The translations under genes were made by a program, and so were the position numbers. From a virus, in IMG/VR virus record IMGVR_UViG_3300031251_000007, positions 1 through 64,000 of that record: 64,000 nucleotides of DNA. The stretch is one strand, 5' to 3'. The notes under the pieces were generated by a model, which was not told the origin of the DNA, searched no databases, and was given only the letters and a program-made list of their open reading frames with translations. Of the stretch, positions 56,701-64,000 are shown one piece after another. Position 1 is the first letter of the stretch. Each line of letters starts with the position of its first letter.

Positions 56701-58424
56701 CCGCCGTCCTCGGACATCCAGACGGTGGCGCCGCCCCACTGTTCTTCTTGGCCGTCGGCGGCGATCCACAGCTCGAGGTCGCCGCCCGTGAGCTCGGCGG
56801 TCGGCTCGAAGAGCACGGGCTCGAATATCTTGCCGGGCTCGCCGCTGAAATCGGGATCCGCGCTGGACGTCAGCGACGCTTGGCGCGGATAGCGCACGAC
56901 AGTGTTGAGCCCGGTAATGACCTGATCCGCTTCGACATCGATCCGCTGTCCGGTGTCGTTCTCTTTCAGCGAGCTGATGCGTACGACGAAGTTGGAGAGC
57001 TTGCGGCGTGTATGCGTGAGCGCCAACAGGTCGCCCACTTCCAGACGGGAGTACCGGAAGTCGACGGTGAACTTGGCCGTCGGGCGTCCGGATACGGCGG
57101 CGCGCACGCGCGTCTCGCCGAGCTCCTGCGCCGAGTAGGAGTCGGTCAGGTAGTGCGCCTGGAATGTGCTCGCTTCATGCGCGCCGATTTCGTCGACCGA
57201 CGCTTGATCTTTCGCCTCAACGGACTTCGCCGTATAGTCGTCGCGTCGATCCAGATACTCGATCGTGTGGATGTTCTCGGCATCGGCCGGGTCGGGATAC
57301 TCCAGACTCAGATCGCCAATGAAGTCGTCGTCGGTGAGCGAGTAGCAGACCTGGATGCTGTAGCTGCCGTCAGCATTCTGCTGCAGAAACTTCGGCGTGT
57401 GCTTGACCTGATCTTGCGGCGCGGCCCACACGGGGCCCGTCGTGACGCTGTCCCACAGCGGCAGCACCTCGAGCGCGCCGTTGCTCATGCGCACGAGCGA
57501 ATTGCTCTGCTCCAAAATATCGCTAATCCACTCGCGTGCTGCGCGCTGACTGTCGCACGGCACGCCCATCAAAAAGCCGTGCGCCAGGCATGCGGTGCGG
57601 TAGTCGTCGAGCGCCTCGCTGCCCGGCCAGTCCATGCCGAACACCGGGTTGGTCAGGATCTGCTGAATGATGTCGGCCGGATTCGCCCCAACCTTCAGGA
57701 CCGGATGCTCACCGTCGCTGTCGGTGTAGGTCGCCTCGCTGCTCGCGTGCGGAACGAACGTCGGTTGCGGCGGCCCGTCTTCGATGCCTTCGGTCGGGAG
57801 ACTCCAGTCGCGCACGGACTGCTCGAGCGCGATGCAGAATCCCTCGAAGGTGAGGTTCGGCAGCTGCGCCTGCTGATAGAGCGGCCATTCGAGGCGACCG
57901 AGGCTTGCGAGGAACGGATACGCCAACTCGATCGAGTTGTCGGTGGACCCCACATGGCCGGGCGTCAGCGAGGTCCAGAGCTTGCGGCCCGAACCGAGCA
58001 GCCGGTCATACGAATCGCGCCACGCGGGCTGATGCTCGGAGCCCGGAAAGATCCGCCCGCCGAAGTTGGGCGGGCGAATGACCCCGTCGTCGCCGACGTG
58101 GTCGAAGTCCGCGAGCGTGATGAACGTGTCACGCTTGTAGAGCGTGCGAATGCCCTCGATTGGCCCCTCGCCGATCGCCCACTGCAGCGAGACGAAATAG
58201 ATGTATTGATCGTTGGTCGGATGCGCGGCGCCGAATCCTGACCCCGGTGTCTTGAACACGATTCCGGCCGCCGGCTGGTGCTGCAGCTTGCCCATCCAGA
58301 TGAGCCGCGGCGTGACCATACAGCGACCGAAGTTGACGGCAATGACCTCGCCGTAGGCCGTCGTCGATACATCGACGCCCTTGGCGGGCTTCGTGCCCTG
58401 CGACTTGGGGAGCTTCGCGCCCAT
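53799..58424 (-). CDS. tail tip/hub protein (GTA phage-tail-3 type) with two LamG-like domains
   Basis: YGEVIAVNFG, AIGEGPI, ANPADII, LRRGGFGT...H.AG, FKLTSFNRYG; two PLxYxR...FxGxxDExALY domains. Confidence 0.85.
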   Translation of the reverse strand: MGAKLPKSQGTKPAKGVDVSTTAYGEVIAVNFGRCMVTPRLIWMGKLQHQPAAGIVFKTPGSGFGAAHPTNDQYIYFVSLQWAIGEGPIEGIRTLYKRDTFITLADFDHVGDDGVIRPPNFGGRIFPGSEHQPAWRDSYDRLLGSGRKLWTSLTPGHVGSTDNSIELAYPFLASLGRLEWPLYQQAQLPNLTFEGFCIALEQSVRDWSLPTEGIEDGPPQPTFVPHASSEATYTDSDGEHPVLKVGANPADIIQQILTNPVFGMDWPGSEALDDYRTACLAHGFLMGVPCDSQRAAREWISDILEQSNSLVRMSNGALEVLPLWDSVTTGPVWAAPQDQVKHTPKFLQQNADGSYSIQVCYSLTDDDFIGDLSLEYPDPADAENIHTIEYLDRRDDYTAKSVEAKDQASVDEIGAHEASTFQAHYLTDSYSAQELGETRVRAAVSGRPTAKFTVDFRYSRLEVGDLLALTHTRRKLSNFVVRISSLKENDTGQRIDVEADQVITGLNTVVRYPRQASLTSSADPDFSGEPGKIFEPVLFEPTAELTGGDLELWIAADGQEEQWGGATVWMSEDGGVTYEAQGRITDRARMGKLQAAMTDTSTSLDVQLRAPAGSTVELEVQTIADAIRFKAQLYIDGGDTSLRVPYEVLSYIDPALTAPNRYTLSGLRRGGFGTPDQLHRAGANVVRIDDPAIFKLALPARLVGVPLKFKLTSFNRYGGGEQALEDVAELTYVVRGTYLWGPVAQATNLAAQFVDVTGGARLYLTWDPVADYRGVVEYEIRKGSQGWARAVVLGTTRETRFEVVSDGVYWVAARVAVSLGGDPQFVYGEPYGIPLKESAETASNIVGGADELAMGWSDFASLVITDAPLAYWRMSPYPGGTLKVFDEVTPGTSAGSYTLTVPDTQMFQPGGAVVNDLFPNSAYVYTAGGGDRITLTRSVNDLNRDEFTLIFWAQWSGLGTSQAYLYSKGTGAWITVEASGVLRWLAQTSGSQILGGSNFRDGQMHMIALSFRRFDAHGMETRLLELTMDGLPEGAINGATFPVTTGTTYFGDRGSPVSGSFNGYFDEYALIPQYMNHNQLRSWWRAAREFGPGVYRSYVMAAKPLTYCRFNEAPTSRHIIDQMGGPHPLIASTETSFVPGLLNGDDDQAVDFTGVSGSNAASVGFPVGANLLQVALECVFQPDAVASGYVQGIYTNGPFIAVKADGSIEAHFPKLDTTDQVVATPPGAYSAGQRLHVVAGCDATFGLLVLVVNGGTPIVAPATIGAPIATGAQLICAEAPLTGFSRFAGVVDEIALYNHGLTIDRIAAHAMAAQFGQHITNLEVTSSGYLRATPKMSGYYQIPDAHIVTLARRMLVRINVGWDAVAVDATSIRDAADFGAIGQVNVVDAANLITARPEISISDDLSGDDWTGGDTRPEWAPYKPGSYLVGRVRLRVFLESKVDGIVAELRALTWTVEAPDYTLTGRVTTSVSGVVHVTYPKAFYPIGGNPGLVVTPRAAGVPTQIEQMRVTNETTTGFDLDVVTTGGMRLVRDFTWQAAGF

Positions 58425-58906
58425 TAGGTCGCCGCCTCCCAGCAGTGCAGACTCCAGAGACTATCCGTGATGTCAGCGAGCGTGCGGTCCTGATCAAGGT
58501 TGGTGCGCACGACGCGACCCGCCGGCTGGTACGCATGGATGACCCATGGCCACGCTTCGACGATCGCGCCGTGCGTGACGCGCGCCACGACGCGCCGCCC
58601 CGTCGTCATCGGCACGCGAAAGAGCACGATGTCGCCGGGCAGCGCTGCGCGAATCACCTCGCGCGCAAAGCGGCCAATGACCTCGCGATACATCTGCTCG
58701 CCGGCGCGCAGGCGCGCGAGCGCGCCCTTGTACGGCTGCGGCTCAGGTTGCGAGATGAGGCAGCAGGCCGCGTAGACCCGCAAGAGAATCATCGCGCAAT
58801 CGACGCCGGCGCCCTTGCAGCCCTGGCTTGCGACGTACGGCGTATCGATCCAGCTTGCGGCCTCGATAGCCACCTGCGCGCGCTGTTCCATCTGCAACAC
58901 CGTCAT
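58424..58906 (-). CDS. NlpC/P60 tail peptidase
   Basis: EAASWIDTPY...KGAGVDC...PGDIVLF...HGAI...IHA. Confidence 0.88.
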   Translation of the reverse strand: MTVLQMEQRAQVAIEAASWIDTPYVASQGCKGAGVDCAMILLRVYAACCLISQPEPQPYKGALARLRAGEQMYREVIGRFAREVIRAALPGDIVLFRVPMTTGRRVVARVTHGAIVEAWPWVIHAYQPAGRVVRTNLDQDRTLADITDSLWSLHCWEAAT

Positions 58907-59988
58907 GACTCGGGATCCGTCTCGGGAACCTTCACGACCACGTCGGTCAGATCCTTCATCTTGGTGCCGGTGATCGCTGCTTCCGGTGGGACGTTCGGGA
59001 AACCGCGATAGCGCGCCTGGTTCGAGAGTTTCGCGCAGCCGCCGCCGTACGTCTTGTCGCAGCCAGGCGAGAGCACGAACTGATCGCCCTGCGCCGGTGG
59101 ATATGGCAACGGCATCGTCAGCTCGAAATTTCCGTCGCCGGGATGCTGCTTGACGGTGCGCCGCACAAAGGAGTTGAGCCCCGTCGTGAAGCGGATGACA
59201 CCCTCATCGAAGTACCCCGGCGGCTTGTTGCGTGCGCCGACGGTTCGCACCGCATCGGCGCGGATCGATGACAGTGTCGAACCGATCGCCACCGCCCCCG
59301 GCAGTTCGAAATCTTCACGACGGAGACCGCAACCTGTACCGAACAGCGGCCATACGCAGCCCGGCCGATATACGTAGCGAGGGAAGTCGGCGGCGAGCAG
59401 ATTGAGTGCGGACTTGACCGTCAGCTCGATGCGCGTCTCGGTCGGCACCGTTACCTTACCGACGTAGCCGGTGAACCGCTCGAGCGCGCCCGTGGCGTTG
59501 AAGATCAGCACGCGCGACTGCGGCGATGCGTTCACATTATTCGGCAGCAGTGCATTCGGATCGGTGAACGTTGGGTCGAGGATCGGTCCCGGCATCGGCG
59601 CAAAGGCGCGCCACACGGTCACCGACGCTCCAGCTGAGAACAGGCCGTTTTGCGCGGCAATCAGCAACGGGGCCGGAAGCAATGGTTGCGCCACGGTGCC
59701 GGTAACACCGGGGTCCGTTCCGCCCGCGGTATCGATTGGTGCCAGCTTTATCGTCAGGTCATCGACCTGCAGCCCCGGCTTCTCGCTGACCGCGCCAATG
59801 GTGACCCGGGCGCCGTCATGACGGAACACGGCGGCGCCCTTTTCGGGGAACTGCAGGCTGACGTCGGCCTCGGTGTATCTCAGCGTGAAGCCGTAGCGGG
59901 TGACGATCTCAACGGCGCGCGTCGACCAGAAACGGCGCGCCCCAGACTGCTCCAAGAGCGCCACGAGAGCCGGCAGGGCGGTCTTCAT
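58903..59988 (-). CDS. DUF2163/BR0599-family baseplate hub protein
   Basis: PGCVWPLFGTGCGL...PGCDKT...C..LSNQARYRGFPNVP. Confidence 0.88.
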   Translation of the reverse strand: MKTALPALVALLEQSGARRFWSTRAVEIVTRYGFTLRYTEADVSLQFPEKGAAVFRHDGARVTIGAVSEKPGLQVDDLTIKLAPIDTAGGTDPGVTGTVAQPLLPAPLLIAAQNGLFSAGASVTVWRAFAPMPGPILDPTFTDPNALLPNNVNASPQSRVLIFNATGALERFTGYVGKVTVPTETRIELTVKSALNLLAADFPRYVYRPGCVWPLFGTGCGLRREDFELPGAVAIGSTLSSIRADAVRTVGARNKPPGYFDEGVIRFTTGLNSFVRRTVKQHPGDGNFELTMPLPYPPAQGDQFVLSPGCDKTYGGGCAKLSNQARYRGFPNVPPEAAITGTKMKDLTDVVVKVPETDPES

Positions 59989-60608
59989 CGCTTCACGCTC
60001 TTGATGTGCACCTCGCGCAATGCGTGCAGGAGGTAGGTGAAGTTTTCGAAGTCGATCGAGTCGTCGTCGAACTCGACGCGGAAGTAGAATTCGCAGCTCG
60101 CCTTGATCTGCGTGACCGTTCCCGGTGGCGCGACCGCGAACTGCACCAGTCCTTGCGACTCGGTCCAGCCAGTCAACGTGGTGCCGCTTTGGTTCTTCAC
60201 CACCAGCGTGCCAGCCTTGATCTCGTATATCGGCTCGACAAACCCGCCGTAGTTGCGAAGGATCTGGAAATTCTTCGTGACGCCATTCCCGGCACCGATG
60301 AATTGATTGGTGATGGCGAAGTCTTCCGGGTCCCGGAACAAGAACGTGTCGCCGCGGGCCCGGTGCGTCAGGAAATGGCCGACGATCGGCCGCAGCATGT
60401 CGCCGAGCTGCGGGTGCCCGGCTTGACCGATCGAACCGTAGGCGAGCTTCCAGTGCCAGCGCGGAAAGGCCCACGTCGCGGCGGCCGTATCGAGGCCGCT
60501 GGCGACCTCTTCAGTCAGCGTCTTGAACTCAGGACTGCGCGCGCTCGACCAGTCGAGCCGCCCGGTGCCGGTGCCCGTTGCGGCGGGGGGGAAGACGGCG
60601 TTGCTCAT
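59985..60608 (-). CDS. DUF2460-family distal tail protein
   Basis: RSPEFKT...SG...RARGDTFLFRDPED...GNGVTKNFQILRNYGG...EFYFRVEFDDD. Confidence 0.88.
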   Translation of the reverse strand: MSNAVFPPAATGTGTGRLDWSSARSPEFKTLTEEVASGLDTAAATWAFPRWHWKLAYGSIGQAGHPQLGDMLRPIVGHFLTHRARGDTFLFRDPEDFAITNQFIGAGNGVTKNFQILRNYGGFVEPIYEIKAGTLVVKNQSGTTLTGWTESQGLVQFAVAPPGTVTQIKASCEFYFRVEFDDDSIDFENFTYLLHALREVHIKSVKR

Positions 60609-60658
60609 GCAGCGACCCTTGACGGCGAATCCCGCTGCGGCGTAGGCAGCGCGTCCTG

Positions 60659-61207
60659 ATGACGACACAGACGGCCAGGCCGTTTCTCTGCGCCGCTTCG
60701 CTCCTCCTCCTCGCTGGGTGCTGGACCTACGGAACGAAATTCACCCAGGACCAAGTCCGCCAACTGAAGCCGGGCATGACCGTTGACGAAGTCGAGGCGA
60801 TCATGGGGCCACCGAACTCCATGATGGCCGGCACCGTTACGCGTGCGACATGGGTGTACGCCACGGCCCTCGGCGCGGTGAACTCGCTGAATCTCGTCTT
60901 CGGCGCCGACGGTCGGCTTACCGCCGTCCCGGGCTCCGCAACTCCCGCGCAGGCCCCCTCGCTGCTCGGCCATGCGGACCAACTGAAGGCCGGCATGACG
61001 ATGGAGCAGGTGACCGCCATCATCGGGCCACCCGATCAGGCGACTGCCGGAATCCCGGCGGTTGATCCGGCGACCGGCCAGACAACCGGTTCGCAGACCA
61101 TCGCGACATGGGTTGCGCCGCCCGGCACGCCAGGCCTTAAGGCGCTGACGCTGATGTTCGGTCCAGACGGACGCGTCACATCGATCCCACCCTTGCCGCA
61201 CAGCTGA
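60659..61207 (+). CDS. lipoprotein with two BamE/SmpA-like domains (moron)
   Basis: Lipobox LAGC; QLKPGMTVDEVEAIMGPP and QLKAGMTMEQVTAIIGPP repeats, each ending L.FG.DGR. Confidence 0.75.
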   Translation: MTTQTARPFLCAASLLLLAGCWTYGTKFTQDQVRQLKPGMTVDEVEAIMGPPNSMMAGTVTRATWVYATALGAVNSLNLVFGADGRLTAVPGSATPAQAPSLLGHADQLKAGMTMEQVTAIIGPPDQATAGIPAVDPATGQTTGSQTIATWVAPPGTPGLKALTLMFGPDGRVTSIPPLPHS

Positions 61208-61209
61208 CC

Positions 61210-64000
61210 TCACCGCAGCCTCCGGGCCATGTTCTGATCGAAGCCGCGGACGCGATCACCGAAGAAACGGCTGAATCGGTCGCCGTGCTCTTGGAGCACA
61301 CGATCGACGCCCGTCGCATCCATCGCCTGGATGACCGGCGCAAAGGTGAACTGGTTACCGGCCTGCGCCTTCGCGCCGGTGTCGTGGCTGCGTCGCTGCA
61401 CGCTGTCCGCGATCCGATCACCGAGCTGCGCATAGTGCGGCATGGTGAGCATCGGTGCGTTCACCCGCTTCACGCTCCGAACGAGATCGACCGCTCCCAC
61501 GACCGTCTCAGAGATCCGTCGCGGCAGCACGAGTTCCTTCGCGTGCGCCTGCAGCATCATGTCGCTTTGTAGGTAGGCGCCGCCGGCCGCCGAGCCGCTG
61601 GCGGTGACGGTGGCCTGGCCACTGGCAATCATCGCGGCGGTGATCACTGCCGTCGGGCCCGCGGCGAAGCCGCCGATGTACGGGATCATCGCGACGGACT
61701 CAGCGGACAGCGCGATCGCAGCAACCGCGGCGCCGACCGCCACTTCGTGCATCGCTGAGGCGAGCGCGCCGGCCTCGATAGCGATCAGCGGCTGCAGGAT
61801 CGCCATCACGATCATGCTCGCCGCCGCGACGGCGAACGCCGCAGCAAGCTCGATCGTCTGGGCCACGAGCTGAATGGTCCCCGCCAGAGAGACGGCGATG
61901 GTCGCGGCAGATGCGGCCAGCTTCAGCGCCTCGCCGGCCACCCATGCAGAGACCTCGCCGATCTTTGCACCGATCGACGTCGCGATCTCGCCAAGCGTCA
62001 ATCCGGTGCGGCTGCCGGAGTTGACGGCCGTCGCCGTCGTCTTCGCCGTTTCCGCTACGCCGTGCGCCAGGGCTTCGCCATCTTTGGCGGCGATGCTCTG
62101 ATAGGCCTCTGCCCACGCCATTCCCGTACGGGCGTTGCTGCCCGCTTCTGTCGCACCGATAATGCCCGCCTGCGCCGCCCAAGCGACGACGACATTCTTC
62201 GCCTGGCCCGCCGCCCATTCGGCGGAGCCCTTCACCGCCGCATCGCTCAGCGAGAGCAACATCGACTGCCCCGCGGCACGTGCCGCCTGCCCGAGCGTGG
62301 TCGTGCCCTGGATGATGCCCTGCACTGACGTCGAGAACGCGCTGGAGATGCTATCCGCGACGGTGGTGAACGTGTCCCCGATGAGGTTTGCGACCTTGAG
62401 CGCCTGCTCGTAGCCCTTCACTTCGATTGCGACGGTCTGAATCTCCTCTTGTCGCCCCTGCTCTTCTTCGGGGTTGGCCTTCTCGGCACCTGGTGCCGTG
62501 AGGGTATCGAGCCGCGACCGCCCGGCGCTGATCTTCTGCTGCAGCGCCCCGGTGACATCGTCGCTGCCCTGGAGGCCGAACGCCCTGAAGATGGCGGCCT
62601 TCTGTCCGATGGCGACCAGCTGCTTGTCGTAGTCTTCGAGCGCGGCGCGCTGCGCCTGCAGGCCCTTGGCATTGGCCAACTGCTCGTTCAGGTCGCGGTA
62701 TTGCCGGCCGAGTGCATCGACATCGGCGGTCAGCTTGACGACCGATGGATCGGTTGCGCCGAGGGCCTTCTGCTGCTGCGCAAGCAGCGTGATCTGCTGA
62801 TCCAACTCCGTCTTGGTCGCGCTGACCTGCCCTTCAAGTGCCAGCTGGCTGTCGCCGTAGACACGTGCACGGATCGATGCCGCGTCGAATTGCGATGCGA
62901 GCCCCGACGTGTCGCCGGCAAGCGCGCTGACGCGCTGCTGCAGCGCCGTAATGATGGCGCCATTCGCCCCCGGCAGCGAGGCGATTTCCTGTATCGCACC
63001 GCGTAGAAAGTCAATTGAGCGCGCGGACACGTCGAACGACGGCCCAACCGCCGCCGCTTGCCGCCCGATCTTGGCCAGCTCGTTCTCAACAGGCGGCCCG
63101 ACCTTCTGCAAGTCCATCAGCTGCGCGCGAAGCGACGCGGCGGCGCCGGAATTTCCTTGCGATTCGAATTCAGCAATCTTGCTCTGCAGCGCGGAGACTT
63201 GCTGCTGCCAGGCGCCGAACGCATCGCCGGTGAGCCCGGCTTGCGCGCGGATGGCCACCATCTGCTGATCGAATTGGAAGGTGCTGCTTTGCGCGGCGGC
63301 GAGCTCGCTCGCGTATTTCTTCGCGGCATCGGATGCCGGATTCAACCCCGCATCGCCCGCCTTCTTCAGTGCGGCCTCGATCGCATTGGCGCGCTCCGCA
63401 GCAATATCGAAATTCGGCCCCAGGAACTTCGCCGAGACGTTGATACCCTGGAGCTGTAGCTCCAGGTCCCTGAAGATATTCTTGACCTCGTTCGTATCGG
63501 CGCCCATCGACTGCGTCGACGTGCTCATGCTGGCGGCGGACGCCGCGGCTTGCTGCGCTGCTTGCGCAACCGCTTGCGCGCTCTGCTCGCGATCGCCCTC
63601 GGCGCGCGTATCAATCTCCGATTGGCGCAACGTCACCGGTGCTGATGGCGGGGTAGGCGTTGCGAACGTTGGCACTGCGGGCCGGAACGCTGGCGGCGTC
63701 GGGGTCGGTGTTTCCGCACCGCCTTGAACAAACGGTGGCGTATAGGCCCCACCGTAGGCCGGCATCGAGATCGCCGTCGGCGGCGGCACATAAGGCGCCT
63801 GCGGTGCACCCGTGCCCACCCTATTCGCTGACTCGTTCAGCAGATCGATCGTACCCTTTGCTTCGGCCGCCCTCTTGCCGACATCTTCGATCCGCTCACC
63901 CATCGTCTGAAGCGGCGCACCGGCGGCCGTGGCAGAGCCGCTGAGTCCATTGACCGCGTAGCCCGCTCCGGTCGCGGCGACGCTGAGCGCAACGGCGCCG
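61210..64000 (-). CDS. tape measure protein (5' end beyond the window)
   Basis: Ala-rich helical repeats, C-terminal SAAGG...AHAKELVLP...IQAMDA; frame open from 63903 to the window edge; directly upstream of the distal tail gene. Confidence 0.85.
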   Translation of the reverse strand, partial: GAVALSVAATGAGYAVNGLSGSATAAGAPLQTMGERIEDVGKRAAEAKGTIDLLNESANRVGTGAPQAPYVPPPTAISMPAYGGAYTPPFVQGGAETPTPTPPAFRPAVPTFATPTPPSAPVTLRQSEIDTRAEGDREQSAQAVAQAAQQAAASAASMSTSTQSMGADTNEVKNIFRDLELQLQGINVSAKFLGPNFDIAAERANAIEAALKKAGDAGLNPASDAAKKYASELAAAQSSTFQFDQQMVAIRAQAGLTGDAFGAWQQQVSALQSKIAEFESQGNSGAAASLRAQLMDLQKVGPPVENELAKIGRQAAAVGPSFDVSARSIDFLRGAIQEIASLPGANGAIITALQQRVSALAGDTSGLASQFDAASIRARVYGDSQLALEGQVSATKTELDQQITLLAQQQKALGATDPSVVKLTADVDALGRQYRDLNEQLANAKGLQAQRAALEDYDKQLVAIGQKAAIFRAFGLQGSDDVTGALQQKISAGRSRLDTLTAPGAEKANPEEEQGRQEEIQTVAIEVKGYEQALKVANLIGDTFTTVADSISSAFSTSVQGIIQGTTTLGQAARAAGQSMLLSLSDAAVKGSAEWAAGQAKNVVVAWAAQAGIIGATEAGSNARTGMAWAEAYQSIAAKDGEALAHGVAETAKTTATAVNSGSRTGLTLGEIATSIGAKIGEVSAWVAGEALKLAASAATIAVSLAGTIQLVAQTIELAAAFAVAAASMIVMAILQPLIAIEAGALASAMHEVAVGAAVAAIALSAESVAMIPYIGGFAAGPTAVITAAMIASGQATVTASGSAAGGAYLQSDMMLQAHAKELVLPRRISETVVGAVDLVRSVKRVNAPMLTMPHYAQLGDRIADSVQRRSHDTGAKAQAGNQFTFAPVIQAMDATGVDRVLQEHGDRFSRFFGDRVRGFDQNMARRLR

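Noticed and set aside
55374-58241. 955-aa plus-strand ORF (and similar long antisense ORFs)
   Set aside because: Shadow frame antisense to the well-supported tail hub gene; typical of high-GC DNA.
41260-58424. Diversity-generating retroelement acting on fibre genes
   Set aside because: No reverse transcriptase in the window and no TR/VR pair differing at adenines was noticed.

Overview
GC-rich (roughly two-thirds G+C by eye) segment of a temperate tailed phage genome. It is most likely in its excised/free form, because an attP-like half tRNA-Arg next to the integrase has phage genes on both sides. From left to right: (i) a minus-strand accessory operon (XF1762-like protein, RyR-domain protein, radical SAM, N4/N6 DNA methyltransferase, SNF2-like helicase); (ii) attP, tyrosine integrase and xis-like gene, a poorly coding structured region ending in a tRNA-like element, and two paralogous ribbon-helix-helix regulators with TGGTACCA operators; (iii) a long plus-strand early region (RecB/Cas4-like exonuclease, Gp3-like recombination protein, SMC-like ATPase, repeat-expanded C5 methyltransferase, D12 adenine methyltransferase, sulfotransferase-like protein, KTSC, SNF2 helicase, minimal DNA ligase, HigBA-like TA, Eco1/ESCO-like acetyltransferase); (iv) minus-strand lysis genes, an unusual block of signal-peptide-bearing Cys-rich proteins, and a GTA-type siphovirus tail module (fibre, hub, NlpC/P60, DUF2163, DUF2460, tape measure). 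The standout is a nuclease-less Nop-domain/IS110-related gene (27319-28158) flanked on both sides by a ~36-nt dual-repeat/dual-spacer array, i.e. a TIGR-Tas-type RNA-guided system. All calls come from reading motifs by eye; no database searches or folding programs were run.
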